In this document: positions 1 through 13,286 of the stretch, piece after piece
Layout: each line of letters begins with the position of its first letter
Position numbering within the stretch: position 1 is the first letter of the stretch
Source: Burkholderiales bacterium
Lineage (GTDB): Bacteria > Pseudomonadota > Gammaproteobacteria > Burkholderiales > Burkholderiaceae_C
Assembly: GCA_031427315.1 (NCBI GenBank)
Contig: JANPNF010000263.1
Span: 1 to 45,512, forward strand
Direction: 5' to 3'
DNA: 45,512 nt
The notes under the pieces: model-generated
What the model saw: only the letters and a program-made list of their open reading frames with translations
What the model was told of the DNA's origin: nothing
Databases searched by the model: none
Position numbers and translations under genes: made by a program

Positions 1-1107
<1,107 letters not shown>

Positions 1108-1363
1108 TTATGAGCTCAACCCTCGTGCTGCGCTGAGAGACAAAGCGTTGGCAAAGCGAACGCTGTGCGGCGCAACGACATGTGCAGGCAACCCCGCAGT
1201 TCGGGGAAACGTTACCGAGAATGCGCGTGATAACGTAACAATTCGTATCCGGATTTCCATCACTCACTTGGTTTCAAACGCTTAAGGCCCTACGCAAACC
1301 ACAAAGCTCTGTTCGCAAACCGCTCCTATCCGTGCTCTTGCCGGCGCATTCATCGGTGCGGCC

Positions 1364-1843
1364 GTGCTGGCCGCGTGTGGGGGCGGCGGGGGCTCCTCGG
1401 GCACGGCATCGGGCGGCGGAAGCGCCAGCACCACCGTGTCGGGCTCGGTGGTGAAGGGGCCGGTCAACGGCGCGCAGGTTTGTGCTTACGCCGTGGCCGG
1501 CAGTGCTCGTGGCGCGGCCGTCGGCAGCTGCACCACGACGAATGCCAACGGCGCTTACAGTTTCAGCGTGCCGGTCGGCACAGGGGCACTGTGGGTCGAG
1601 GCCACCGACGGCACCTACACCGATGAAGCCACATCGACCACGGTGACGCTGCCTCTCGGTTCGCCACTGGTGAGTCTCATCAGCGCCAATGGCGCCACGG
1701 TGACGAGCATGCTGACCCCGCTGACGACGCTGGCGCTGAATGCGGCCCGTGCCACCGTCGGCAGCAGCGGAACGCTCGACGCTGCGGCGTTTGCAGCTGC
1801 AGCCACGCAGTTGCTCAGCACCTTCAACCTGCCCCCTAACTGA
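1364..1843 (+). CDS. Putative lipoprotein, N-terminal segment (possibly one gene with 1864..3150)
   Basis: Lipobox L-A-A-C is followed by a Gly/Ser linker and a Thr/Ala/Gly-rich body. In-frame codons 1328-1363 read IRALAGAFIGAA, so the signal peptide extends upstream of the listed GTG, but no ATG, GTG or TTG is available there. Confidence 0.6.
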   Translation: MLAACGGGGGSSGTASGGGSASTTVSGSVVKGPVNGAQVCAYAVAGSARGAAVGSCTTTNANGAYSFSVPVGTGALWVEATDGTYTDEATSTTVTLPLGSPLVSLISANGATVTSMLTPLTTLALNAARATVGSSGTLDAAAFAAAATQLLSTFNLPPN

Positions 1844-1863
1844 ACATCGCGACCACGCCGCCA

Positions 1864-3150
1864 GTGTTCGGCAGCAGCCTCAACCCCTACGGCACCGCAC
1901 TCACCGCCATCTCGCAGATGGTGGCCAATGGCAGCACGTTGGCAAGCATCCTCGCGACCACGTCGCCGTCCACGCCGGCGGCGGCGTACGCCACGGCGGC
2001 AGCCGGTGGCAGTGGTGGCGGTGGCGGCATTAACGTTGGCTCACCCACCGCCAGCGGCACGTTAACGGCCACAGGCGTCACCGCAGCCGGTGCAGCCACT
2101 CGCCTCACACCGTCGGCCGCCGGTTTCGAGGTGTCGCTGGAGGACGGCGTCACCGCTTACCAGTTCTCCCAGGCGCCGCCGGGCTCGGCCAGTCAGGTGC
2201 TCGTGAAGGTGAGTGTGACAGTCACTGGCGCCATGACAGTCGCCTACAGCGATGTGGCCTCCCGCACCTTCACCTTCTGCAGCAGCAACTGCGGCGTCAC
2301 CATCACCACCGCCAGCGGCACCACGCACCCGGTGACGGTGGCGTTCGCCAACACGCCGCTGAGCGACCTCCGCGGCCTTAGCCTCGGCCTCAGCCTCAAT
2401 GGCACCTTGGTCGGCGACGCGCCCGGTGCCGCCTGGACCTTTGCCGATCTGCCCGGCGCCAGCAGCGGCAGCCTCACGGTGGGCGGCGCGAGCGTGCGGG
2501 TGTTAGCCGCCCAAGACAGCGTCTTCGATGCCGGTGGTGGCAACACGACTCGCTCGATCTCGGTTCAACTGTCCGACGGCTCGCTGCTGGCACTGAACAA
2601 GATGGGCAACTCGCCGTTCACCGCCAGGCGCGTGGTGCCGCCCAGCACCTTCAACAACTGCAATTCGAGTTGCGGCATCACCGTCGCTGATGGTGTCGGC
2701 ACCCGCATCACCCTTGTCAACACTGCGCTTGTCACCGGACCGGTGCTGAACGGCACCATCGATTTCGCCCGCACCAGTGGCAGCCTCAGCACCAACGACG
2801 CCATCGGCGCCATCACACCGGTGACGAGCAACATCACGTCGGTCAACGCGGTGCGCACGCTCACCTTCAGTGTGCTTGGCACTGCCGCCCAGGGGGGCTT
2901 GAGCCTCGCGACGCTGGATGTGGTCGGCGGCCGCGTGACACGGGCGCAGGCCACGGTCGGCATTGGGGCTCAGGTGCTGAGCTGCTTCGACAACGGCAGC
3001 GTTATCGGCATTCCTGCGTGCAGCGGCATCACGGTGGCCTCCGACGGGCGTACCGTGACTTTCACCAACGCCGTGCTGCGCGGTGGCGCCGTGGGCGCAG
3101 CGGCACGCAACGTCACCCTTAACGGCACGCTGGTAGTCAAGGGGCCTTGA
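1864..3150 (+). CDS. Secreted/surface repeat protein with three Cys-containing modules; has no signal peptide of its own
   Basis: 428-aa ORF with G/C-rich third codon positions. A module is repeated three times: C-x3-C-G-[VI]-T-[IV] ... [VI]T-x-x-N-[TA]-x-L ... LNGT[LI]. The reading frame is already open from 1840, immediately after the stop of the upstream lipoprotein ORF. Confidence 0.6.
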   Translation: MFGSSLNPYGTALTAISQMVANGSTLASILATTSPSTPAAAYATAAAGGSGGGGGINVGSPTASGTLTATGVTAAGAATRLTPSAAGFEVSLEDGVTAYQFSQAPPGSASQVLVKVSVTVTGAMTVAYSDVASRTFTFCSSNCGVTITTASGTTHPVTVAFANTPLSDLRGLSLGLSLNGTLVGDAPGAAWTFADLPGASSGSLTVGGASVRVLAAQDSVFDAGGGNTTRSISVQLSDGSLLALNKMGNSPFTARRVVPPSTFNNCNSSCGITVADGVGTRITLVNTALVTGPVLNGTIDFARTSGSLSTNDAIGAITPVTSNITSVNAVRTLTFSVLGTAAQGGLSLATLDVVGGRVTRAQATVGIGAQVLSCFDNGSVIGIPACSGITVASDGRTVTFTNAVLRGGAVGAAARNVTLNGTLVVKGP

Positions 3151-3289
3151 GCATCAGGCTGGTGATGCGGCGTGTGGATGAGGCCCGCAAGGCAAATGCT
3201 TTGCGACCGCAACCGACCGGCAATCACCTTTCTTTTGTGGGTTGCCGGCTTCGACTTGACGCCGCAACCCCACCTGTGCCCCAATCCGC

Positions 3290-5373
<2,084 letters not shown>

Positions 5374-5382
5374 CCGCCCGAA

Positions 5383-5407
5383 CCTGACGCGCCCCGAAGC
5401 CGTCAGG
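5383..5407. terminator. Hairpin between convergent thiC and the small zinc-ribbon gene (candidate bidirectional terminator)
   Basis: CCTGACG, an 11-nt loop, then CGTCAGG. A second 9-bp hairpin, GGCGGTCAG-N8-CTGACCGCC at 5353-5378, spans the thiC stop. No clear U tract follows either. Confidence 0.3.
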
Positions 5408-5708
5408 CGGCGATCTGCGTAGCCTGCGCTGCGGTGGCGGCATCCAGGCACTTGTTGCATTTGCCGAGGCCACGCAAGCGCGGGTCGGCGCGGCCTTCAC
5501 CGGTCTTGAAGTTGGCTTGGCAGCGGCGGCAAACGTACATCTTGGAGCTCGACATCATCGGCTTGATGCCGGGCTCCGACGACGGGCGAGCCGCCGAATA
5601 CTCGGCCTGGGTCTGCCGCAGCTTGATGCTTTCGGCGCTGGCGGCGACCGGAGCTGGCGTGGGCGTGGGTGGGGAATTGGCAGTGGTTTTGCTTCGTTGT
5701 GTGGCCAT
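5403..5708 (-). CDS. Small CxxC...CxxC zinc-ribbon protein, unknown function (paralog of 13287..13580)
   Basis: 101 aa. The core KLRQTQAEYSAARP...MMSSSKMYVCRRCQANFKTGEGR...GLGKCNKC is shared almost residue for residue with the second copy. Confidence 0.65.
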   Translation of the reverse strand: MATQRSKTTANSPPTPTPAPVAASAESIKLRQTQAEYSAARPSSEPGIKPMMSSSKMYVCRRCQANFKTGEGRADPRLRGLGKCNKCLDAATAAQATQIAA

Positions 5709-5983
5709 GGCGCGGGAGTGAACCTCTCAGGTTGAGCCGGCACGTCGGGATGGGAACATGCCAACGAAAACTTCGATTGTCCCTGCTGTGAACAATTCCC
5801 GCCGAGTCGGGGTGATCTTCGAGATGTGAGCAGGAGTTACGGGCGCAGGCGTAGGGCGCCGTCAGACGCCCCAAAGGGTCGGTCCACACACTGGGTGCAT
5901 GGAGCAATCATTGATGGTGACGCCTATAAACGCGCTGCGTCTGGTGTGAGTCAACGCGCGCCTGCAGAGGTTGGTGCGACTTG

Positions 5984-6958
5984 TCAGGGCCGCCGCGCAT
6001 CGACCGGCAGTGCCACGCCGCTGGCTTCCAGCGCCTGGGCCACTGCGCCGCGGCTCACCGGCTTGTGCAGGAAGGCATCGCAGCCCGCCAGTTCAGCGCG
6101 CACGCGTTCGAGCGGGCGGGCCGAACCGGTGACGACGATCAGCACGCACACGGTGTCGTTGGCGTGGGTGGGTGGCGCTTTGACGCGGGCACACAGGTCC
6201 TGACTGGCCGGCGCGGCGGAGCCGTCGAAAATGATGCTCAGGAAGGCCACCGCGTAGCGCTTGGCGGCCAGCATGCGCACCGCCTGCATCGTGCTTTGCA
6301 CCGGGTGCGTGCGAAAACCGAACGCTTCAAGCAACGCGCACAGCTGCTCGCGAGCAGCGTCGTCGCCCTCCAGCACCAGCACATCAGCGGGTGCTGGTGC
6401 TGCGTCCGGCTGCCCCTTGTTGGCCTGCAGGCTGCGCCGCACCTGCGCGCGCCGCAGGGCCTTGGTGGCGGCCTTGGCGACCGGTGACAGGTTCCGGGGC
6501 GCCGCGGCCGGTGCCGCGCCGAGGCGTGCTGCAGGTGCGGCTGGCTGGTGCTCAGGCGGCACGTAGAGCGGCGACGCCTGTGGGTCCGCCAGGATCACGC
6601 CTGGTGGCAGCGGGTTGGCCGGTGCCACATCGTCATCGCTGGGCGGCGGCGCCTCGAACTCGCGCAGCGTCAGCGGTGTGTCGGGCTCAGGAGTTTCGGC
6701 AGGGAGGGTCGGCTCCGTGCGGCCATCGAGCGCGCCGGTGCGCGAATTGAACCAGCGCTGCAGTTCAGGGGCGTCCAGGTGCACCGACGGCGTGGTGTCG
6801 GCATCGAGCTCCATCTCGGTCAGGTCGACGAAGGCCTCGGAGTCGTCCTCAGCGCCCGGCTGCACTGCGCCGTGCAGCGCGGCTCCGCACGTGGTGCACA
6901 CGCGGGCATCGGGCAGATTCAACCGAACACAGGCTGGACACACGTTGAACGGGGTCAT
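5984..6958 (-). CDS. Zinc-ribbon / Pro-Ala linker / receiver-domain protein (response regulator without a recognisable output domain)
   Basis: N-terminus CPAC-x13-CTTC. The C-terminus has receiver landmarks: VLVLEGDD, FLSIIFDG, LIVVTGS, FLHKP. Confidence 0.7.
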   Translation of the reverse strand: MTPFNVCPACVRLNLPDARVCTTCGAALHGAVQPGAEDDSEAFVDLTEMELDADTTPSVHLDAPELQRWFNSRTGALDGRTEPTLPAETPEPDTPLTLREFEAPPPSDDDVAPANPLPPGVILADPQASPLYVPPEHQPAAPAARLGAAPAAAPRNLSPVAKAATKALRRAQVRRSLQANKGQPDAAPAPADVLVLEGDDAAREQLCALLEAFGFRTHPVQSTMQAVRMLAAKRYAVAFLSIIFDGSAAPASQDLCARVKAPPTHANDTVCVLIVVTGSARPLERVRAELAGCDAFLHKPVSRGAVAQALEASGVALPVDARRP

Positions 6959-7016
6959 ACCCCATTCTGGCCGAGCTGTTGCTCACCGCAATCCCCTTTT
7001 GATGAGCCGTGCCGCG

Positions 7017-7691
7017 CTACCCGATCAGGCTCGCGCTGATCTGCTCAGGATGGGTGACATGCCACGGGATCAATCGGGCCGGTACGGCGTGCGCGCCGTA
7101 GCCCCAGCTGACCAGCGCCGCGGGGCAGCCGGCGGCCAACGCGGCCAGGATGTCGGGCGGTGCATCGCCCACCATCAGCAGCTTCGTTGGCACGACGCCC
7201 AGGTGCGCGGCCGTGGTCTGCAGCATCAGCGGCGAGGGCTTGCGCTGCGCAGGGGTATCAGCGCCTTGCACATGCGCGAGCCAGGGCAGCAGGCCTGCCG
7301 CCTCGACGACCGCGCGCGCCAGGCGCGTCGGCTTGTTGGTGACCACCGCCAGCGGGTAGCGGTGCGCGCTCAGCTGGCGCAGCAGTTCGGCGATGCCGGG
7401 GTACACCTGGCCATGCGCCAGCGGCGCGGCCAGCGTCGCCGCGTCGAAGGTGGCGCGCAGGGTTTGGCACAGCGCCATGTCGTCCGGCGAGATGCCTTGC
7501 GCTGTCAGCGCGCGGGCGATCAGCGCGTCCGGCCCGTCGCCGATCCAGCTGCGCACCGTCGCCAGATCGAAACGCTGGAGCCCTGCGGCCGCCAGCGCGG
7601 TGTTGACCGCATGGCCGATGTCGGGCGCGCTGTCGATCAGCGTGCCGTCGAGATCGAAGGCGACCGCGTGGATGAAACGGTGGTCGGCCAC
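7017..7691 (-). CDS. gph: Phosphoglycolate phosphatase (HAD family)
   Basis: AVAFDLDGTLIDS, VVTNKP and MVGDAPPDI HAD motifs, and the gene lies directly downstream of rpe. The start was taken as the GTG at complement 7689-7691, because the longer listed ORF would overlap rpe. Confidence 0.8.
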   Translation of the reverse strand: MADHRFIHAVAFDLDGTLIDSAPDIGHAVNTALAAAGLQRFDLATVRSWIGDGPDALIARALTAQGISPDDMALCQTLRATFDAATLAAPLAHGQVYPGIAELLRQLSAHRYPLAVVTNKPTRLARAVVEAAGLLPWLAHVQGADTPAQRKPSPLMLQTTAAHLGVVPTKLLMVGDAPPDILAALAAGCPAALVSWGYGAHAVPARLIPWHVTHPEQISASLIG

Positions 7692-7707
7692 TCGCGCTGT
7701 GCCGGCG

Positions 7708-8412
7708 TCAGCCGCGCCGCGCCTGTGCCCCGGCGAGCGCATTCGCTCGGATCGCGGCAATCGATTCGGCATAACGCCCGCCGCCAAACACCGCCGAGCC
7801 GGCGACCAGCGTGTCGGCACCGGCGTTGCCGACGCGCTGGGCGTTGTCGGCCTTGACGCCGCCATCGACCTCCAGCCAGATGTCACGCCCGGTCGCGTCG
7901 ATGCGCTTGCGCACCGCGTCGATCTTCGGCAGCACCTGCTCGATGAAGCTCTGGCCGCCGAAGCCGGGGTTGACCGACATCAGCAGCACCAAATCGAGTT
8001 GATCGAGCACGTGGTCGAGGCAGTTCAGCGGCGTGGCCGGGTTGAGCACCAGCCCGGCCTTCAGGCCGAAGGAATGAATCAGCTGGATCGTGCGGTCGAC
8101 GTGCTCGCTGGCCTCGGGGTGAAACGAGATGATGGCCGCGCCGGCCTGCGCGAACATCGGGATCAACGCATCGACCGGCTTGACCATCAGGTGCACATCG
8201 ATCGGCACCGGCTGGCCGCCGTTTACCGCGTAGGGCTTGATCGCCTGGCAGACCACGGGCCCCACCGTCAGGTTGGGCACGTAGTGGTTGTCCATCACGT
8301 CGAAATGAATCACATCGGCACCGGCGGCGATCACCGCGGTGACCTCTTCGCCAAGACGGGCGAAGTCGGCAGACAGCAGGCTGGGCGCGATGCGCAGGGT
8401 CGGGCTGGGCAT
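7708..8412 (-). CDS. rpe: Ribulose-phosphate 3-epimerase
   Basis: [24 protein letters not shown]...[14 protein letters not shown]...DVHLMV...[12 protein letters not shown]...VDGG is canonical Rpe. The ATG is at complement 8410-8412. The rest of the 515-aa listed ORF is a spurious extension. Confidence 0.93.
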   Translation of the reverse strand: MPSPTLRIAPSLLSADFARLGEEVTAVIAAGADVIHFDVMDNHYVPNLTVGPVVCQAIKPYAVNGGQPVPIDVHLMVKPVDALIPMFAQAGAAIISFHPEASEHVDRTIQLIHSFGLKAGLVLNPATPLNCLDHVLDQLDLVLLMSVNPGFGGQSFIEQVLPKIDAVRKRIDATGRDIWLEVDGGVKADNAQRVGNAGADTLVAGSAVFGGGRYAESIAAIRANALAGAQARRG

Positions 8413-8552
8413 GGGGGCTCTTTTCCAAAGGCGTGCAAAGCGGACTGAGGCGGCCGCGTCGTGCACCGGAGATGCCGACGGGTTCAGGCCTCGATTTTCT
8501 CGCCGTTCGTGCCACGCCGTGTCGGCTTTTGCGTCAAGCCAGCGCCGCCGCG

Positions 8553-10235
8553 TCAATGCGGCAGGGCGCGGCAGGCTTTGACCAGGTCCAGCGCGGGCTC
8601 GTAGACGTTGGTCTGCACATCGAGCAGCCCCAGCATCGTGTGGAACAGGTTGTCGTGCGTGGCGCGCTGGGTGGCGCGGGTGCGCAGGCAGGCAAGGTCG
8701 ATCTGGCGGCTGTCGGCGAACGACGGCGACAGCCACATCACCATCGGCACCTGCGTTTGCTGGAGCGGCGCGATGGCGTACGGCAGGCCATGCAAGAACA
8801 AGTTGTTCTCGCCGAGGGACTCGCCGTGGTCGGACACGTAGAGCAAGGCGATGTCGTAGCGCGCGCTTTGCGATTGCAGGAAGCGGATGGCGTTGACCAG
8901 CACGTGGTCGGTGTAGCTGATCGAGTTGTCGTAGGCGTTGACGACCGCCTCCGTCGTGCACTTGCGCAGCTCGGCGGTCTCGCAGCTGGGTTTGAAACGC
9001 TGGAATTTCTCGGGCGCACGCCGGTGGTAGGCCGGACCATGGCTGCCCATCTGGTGCAGCACGATCAGGTGGTTGACTTTGTCCGGGCCCTGGTCTTTGA
9101 CCTTGCCACCACCAAGTTGCGCCTCCAGGTCCTTCAGCAAAATTTCGTCCATGCATTCGGCGCCGTCGCACAGCGCGGGGTCGGCTGTGTCGATCATTTT
9201 CTGGGCCGGCAGACCGGCGCACACACCCTTGCAGCCCGACTGGTTGTCGCGCCACTGCACGGCGATGCCGGCGCGGTGCACCACATGCAGCAACGACTCC
9301 TCACCGCGGATGCGGTCCTCGTCGTAATCGCGGCGGCCGATGCGCGAGAACATGCAGGGCAACGAGGTTTCGGTGTTGGTGCCGCAGCTGCCCACATCGG
9401 TGAAGTTGATGACATTGAGTGCCGCCAGTTCCGGCGTGGTTTGCCGCGCATAGCCGTTGAGCCCCCAGTTCATCGCGCGTGCGGTTTCGCCGACGACCAG
9501 CACGAACAACAACGGCTTGCTGCGCCCGGCCCAGGCGGGGCCGGCCACTGCGTCCACGCCGACGGGCACCAGTGGCTTGGTCGCTGTGACCGCATCGGCC
9601 GTGGCCACCCGCGCCAGCGAATACACATAGTTGCCCGGCGTGATCAGGTAGCGCATCGACTTGTTCGAGCGCATCAGCGACGACAGGTCTTGCGACACCG
9701 CCATGAAGGCACCGATGCCGACGCCCAGCGCCAGCGCCATCGCCCCCAGTCGCCAGGCCATCGCGCTGCGCCAGCGTCGCTCGCGCAGCGGCGTGCGCCA
9801 GACCAGCCAGATCGGCAACGCGGCCTGCCAGGCGAAGTGGGGCAGCATGTCCCACGCCAGCAGATCGCGTGCCTCGCCGACGTCGGTGGACACCAGGTTG
9901 CGCAGCATCGTCGGGTCGAGGAACACCGAGTACTTGCCCATGAAGTAGGTGGCGAAAGCGGTGCACACCAGCAGCAGCGTCAGTAGCGGCTTGGTCGTGC
10001 GCCGGGTGGCGACGACGCACAGCGCGACGAAATGCAGCACCACCAGCAGCACGAACACGCCCGCGACGAAGCGCCAGGTGCCCGAGTCGCTGGCCGATAG
10101 ATCCGCCAGCGCGCTGGTCCAGAACGAGCGGTTGCAGACCGCGATGAAATACACGCAGACGAACAGCACCAGGGCCTCGGTCGACAGCATCCAGGTCTTG
10201 CGCGCGCCTTGCGGCGTGCTGGTTGATGAACGCAT
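8553..10235 (-). CDS. eptA: Phosphoethanolamine transferase (EptA/MCR-type, membrane-anchored sulfatase fold)
   Basis: N-terminal transmembrane segments are followed by [22 protein letters not shown]...[15 protein letters not shown]...[11 protein letters not shown]. The start was taken at MRSSTSTP (complement 10233-10235). Confidence 0.85.
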   Translation of the reverse strand: MRSSTSTPQGARKTWMLSTEALVLFVCVYFIAVCNRSFWTSALADLSASDSGTWRFVAGVFVLLVVLHFVALCVVATRRTTKPLLTLLLVCTAFATYFMGKYSVFLDPTMLRNLVSTDVGEARDLLAWDMLPHFAWQAALPIWLVWRTPLRERRWRSAMAWRLGAMALALGVGIGAFMAVSQDLSSLMRSNKSMRYLITPGNYVYSLARVATADAVTATKPLVPVGVDAVAGPAWAGRSKPLLFVLVVGETARAMNWGLNGYARQTTPELAALNVINFTDVGSCGTNTETSLPCMFSRIGRRDYDEDRIRGEESLLHVVHRAGIAVQWRDNQSGCKGVCAGLPAQKMIDTADPALCDGAECMDEILLKDLEAQLGGGKVKDQGPDKVNHLIVLHQMGSHGPAYHRRAPEKFQRFKPSCETAELRKCTTEAVVNAYDNSISYTDHVLVNAIRFLQSQSARYDIALLYVSDHGESLGENNLFLHGLPYAIAPLQQTQVPMVMWLSPSFADSRQIDLACLRTRATQRATHDNLFHTMLGLLDVQTNVYEPALDLVKACRALPH

Positions 10236-10386
10236 GATCGTGACCAAGGGAACGTGGGAGGGAAAAGGCGAGCCTGTCAACAACCGGCGCGCCAATCCAG
10301 CGCTGGCGGGCATTGACCCGGACGCAAAAAAAGCGATGGTGGCGGCCGGGCCTTAATTCTGGATGAATGCCCGGCGCGCGGTGGCG

Positions 10387-11568
10387 TCAGTTGGCGAAGG
10401 CGGCAATTCCCGTCATTGCCCGGCCCAGGATCAGCGCGTGGATGTCGTGCGTGCCTTCGTAGGTGTTGACCACTTCGAGGTTCACCATATGCCTTGCGAT
10501 GCCGTACTCGTCGCTGATGCCGTTGCCGCCCAGCATGTCGCGCGCCATGCGGGCGATGTCGAGCGACTTGCCGCAGGAGTTGCGCTTGAGCATCGAGGTG
10601 ATCTCGGGTGCGGCCGTGCCCTCGTCCTTCATTCGGCCCAATCGCAAGCAGGCTTGCAGGCCGAGCGCGATCTCGGTCTGCATGTCGGCGAGCTTTTTCT
10701 GGACCAGCTGGTTGGCCGCCAGCGGCCGGCCGAACTGATGCCGATCCAGCACGTACTGGCGCGCACGCAGCCAGCAGTCTTCGGCCGCACCGAGCGCGCC
10801 CCAGGCAATGCCGTAGCGCGCGCTGTTGAGGCAAGTGAACGGGCCCTTCAGCCCGCGGATGTCGGGGAAGGCGTTTTCCTCGGGGCAGAACACCCCGTCC
10901 ATCACGATCTGCCCGGTGACGCTGGCGCGCAGCCCGACCTTGCCGTGCAGCACAGGGGCGCTGAGGCCCGCAGCGCCTTTGTCGAGGACGAAGCCGCGGA
11001 TCTCACCGGCGTCGTCTTTCGCCCAGACCACGAACACATCGGCGATCGGGCTGTTGGTGATCCAGGTCTTGCATCCGCTGAGTCGATAGCCGCCGGGCAC
11101 CGCGCGCGCCCGCGTCAGCATGCTGACGGGATCTGAGCCGTGGTCGGGCTCGGTCAGGCCGAAGCAACCGATGGCCTCGCCGGTGGCCAGCGTGGGCAGC
11201 AAGCGTTGCTTCTGCGCTTCGGTGCCGAAGGTGTAAATCGGCAGCATCACCAGCGAGCTCTGCACGCTCATCATCGAGCGGTAGCCGGAATCAACACGCT
11301 CGACCTCGCGCGCCACCAGGCCGTAGCAGACGTGGTTCATGCCCGCGCCGCCGTACTCGGGCGGGATCACGATCCCCAGCAGGCCGAGCGCGCCCATCTC
11401 GCGGAAGATGGCCACGTCGGTCGTCTCGTGACGGAAGGCGCTCTGCACGCGCGGGGCCAGCCGTTGCTGGCAGTAGACGGCGGCCGCCTCGCGCACCGCG
11501 CGCTCGTCGTCGGCCAGCTGTGCGTCGAGCTGCAACGGGTCGTCCCACTGGAATCGGGCGTTGGTCAT
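10387..11568 (-). CDS. gcdH: Glutaryl-CoA dehydrogenase (acyl-CoA dehydrogenase family)
   Basis: [18 protein letters not shown]...[14 protein letters not shown]...[10 protein letters not shown]...[18 protein letters not shown]. Start at complement 11566-11568. Confidence 0.88.
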   Translation of the reverse strand: MTNARFQWDDPLQLDAQLADDERAVREAAAVYCQQRLAPRVQSAFRHETTDVAIFREMGALGLLGIVIPPEYGGAGMNHVCYGLVAREVERVDSGYRSMMSVQSSLVMLPIYTFGTEAQKQRLLPTLATGEAIGCFGLTEPDHGSDPVSMLTRARAVPGGYRLSGCKTWITNSPIADVFVVWAKDDAGEIRGFVLDKGAAGLSAPVLHGKVGLRASVTGQIVMDGVFCPEENAFPDIRGLKGPFTCLNSARYGIAWGALGAAEDCWLRARQYVLDRHQFGRPLAANQLVQKKLADMQTEIALGLQACLRLGRMKDEGTAAPEITSMLKRNSCGKSLDIARMARDMLGGNGISDEYGIARHMVNLEVVNTYEGTHDIHALILGRAMTGIAAFAN

Positions 11569-11705
11569 GCAAAAACTCTGGGAAAGCGCTGCGGACGGCG
11601 CCTGATGATGCCCTTGAAACCCGCATACCGTTCTGCGCAACAGGTTGAGTCCGGCGGGTGGGGAATTAGCGGGAAAATACGTGTTTTGTCGATCCGGCCC
11701 CACCC

Positions 11706-12479
11706 ATGAGTGCATTCAACGAAGAGCGCGTGCTGAGCGTCCACCACTGGACCGACCGCCTGTTCAGCTTCACCACCACCCGCGACCCGAGCCTGCGTTT
11801 TTCCAACGGCCATTTCACGATGATCGGCCTGCGTGTCGACGGCAAGCCCTTGCTGCGCGCCTACAGCATCGTCAGCCCGAACCATGACGACACGCTCGAA
11901 TTCCTCAGCATCAAGGTGCCCGACGGCCCGCTGACTTCGCGGCTGCAGCACATCCAGGTGGGCGACACGGTCATCGTCGGCAAGAAGCCCACCGGCACGC
12001 TGCTGATCGACTACCTGCTGCCCGGCAAGCGGTTGTATTTGATCGGCACCGGCACTGGCGTGGCGCCTTTTCTCAGCATCATTCGCGACCCCGACACCTA
12101 CGAGCGCTTCGAGAAGGTCGTGCTGATCCACGGCGTGCGCGAGGTCAAGGAGCTGGCGTACCACAGCTACTTGAACGACGACCTGCCGGTACACGAATTC
12201 CTGGGCGAGATGGTGTCCAGCCAGCTGCTGTACTACCCGACGGTGACGCGTGAGCCCTTCGTCAACCAGGGCCGCATCACCACGCTGATCGAGACCGGCA
12301 AGCTGACCGCTGACCTCGGCCTGCCCGCGCTCGACCCCGAACACGACCGCATCATGCTGTGCGGCAGCCCCGAAATGCTGCGCGACCTGAAGGCCATGTT
12401 GGAAGCGCGTCGGTTCAAGGAAGGCAACACCTCCAAGCCGGGCGATTACGTGATCGAGCGGGCTTTCGTGGAGCAGTGA
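11706..12479 (+). CDS. fpr: Ferredoxin-NADP+ reductase
   Basis: 257 aa, with RAYSIVS, GTGVAPF and a C-terminus ending ERAFVEQ, typical of bacterial Fpr. Confidence 0.88.
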   Translation: MSAFNEERVLSVHHWTDRLFSFTTTRDPSLRFSNGHFTMIGLRVDGKPLLRAYSIVSPNHDDTLEFLSIKVPDGPLTSRLQHIQVGDTVIVGKKPTGTLLIDYLLPGKRLYLIGTGTGVAPFLSIIRDPDTYERFEKVVLIHGVREVKELAYHSYLNDDLPVHEFLGEMVSSQLLYYPTVTREPFVNQGRITTLIETGKLTADLGLPALDPEHDRIMLCGSPEMLRDLKAMLEARRFKEGNTSKPGDYVIERAFVEQ

Positions 12480-12498
12480 CCGCCGCGTGAAGGGCGCG

Positions 12499-13275
12499 TC
12501 ACCACGGCAGCACCTCACCGTGGTGGTTGAAAAAACCGCCGTTGTCTTTGGTGCTCAACCCGTCGATCACCGCCAGCAACCGTACCGCGGCGGCCTCCGG
12601 CGTCTGCACCTCCAGCCCGGACTTGGCGAACCGGGCTGACAGGCCTGTGTCGACCGTGCCGGGGTGCAGCGCGACGCAAATCGCCTGCGGCTTCTGGCGA
12701 GCCAGCTCAATCGCTGCGGTGTGTACCAGCTGGTTCAGCGCGGCTTTCGACGCGCGGTAGCTGTACCAGCCGCCCAGCCTGTTGTCGCCGATGCTGCCGA
12801 CCTTGGCCGACAGCGTGGCGAACACCGCCTTGCCTGATCGCGGCAGCAACGGCAGGAAGTGCTTCATCAGCAGCGCCGGGCCGATCGCGTTGATGGCAAA
12901 GGCGTGCGCCATGTGGGCCGCGTCGAGGTCGCGCCACGATTTCTCCGGCTCGAAACCACTGCCGTGCAGGAAACCGGTGGCGTCGATCAGCAGGCGCAGC
13001 GGAGGGCCTGTGCGCACCAGTTCACCGACGTGTGCGGCGGCGGCAGCGACGCGGGATTCGTCAGTGAGCTCGATGTCGAGATCGATGCCGGGGACAGCGG
13101 TTGTCGTCGGCTCGGTGCGTCGTCCTCCGGCCAGCACCCGGCTGAATCGGGGATCGCTGCGCAGCCGTTGGCACAGCGCGGCACCTAAGCCACCCCGCGC
13201 ACCGACCACGAGCGCCAAGCCGCCAGGAAAATCGATTCCACCGGGGACCCCGGCTGCAGCAGGGTCCGGCGGCAC
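12499..13275 (-). CDS. Short-chain dehydrogenase/reductase (start uncertain)
   Basis: ALVVGARGGLGAAL glycine motif and YRASKAALN (YxxxK). The listed ATG at 13368 would overlap the upstream small gene by about 80 nt. Alternative starts are the GTG at 13275 and the TTG at 13218. Confidence 0.75.
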   Translation of the reverse strand: MPPDPAAAGVPGGIDFPGGLALVVGARGGLGAALCQRLRSDPRFSRVLAGGRRTEPTTTAVPGIDLDIELTDESRVAAAAAHVGELVRTGPPLRLLIDATGFLHGSGFEPEKSWRDLDAAHMAHAFAINAIGPALLMKHFLPLLPRSGKAVFATLSAKVGSIGDNRLGGWYSYRASKAALNQLVHTAAIELARQKPQAICVALHPGTVDTGLSARFAKSGLEVQTPEAAAVRLLAVIDGLSTKDNGGFFNHHGEVLPW

Positions 13276-13286
13276 GGCCTGGTGCG

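Noticed and set aside
8413-9255. Upstream extension of the rpe ORF (7708..9255)
   Set aside because: Rpe homology starts at [11 protein letters not shown] (8412). The extension overlaps the eptA-like gene on the same strand and is low-complexity.
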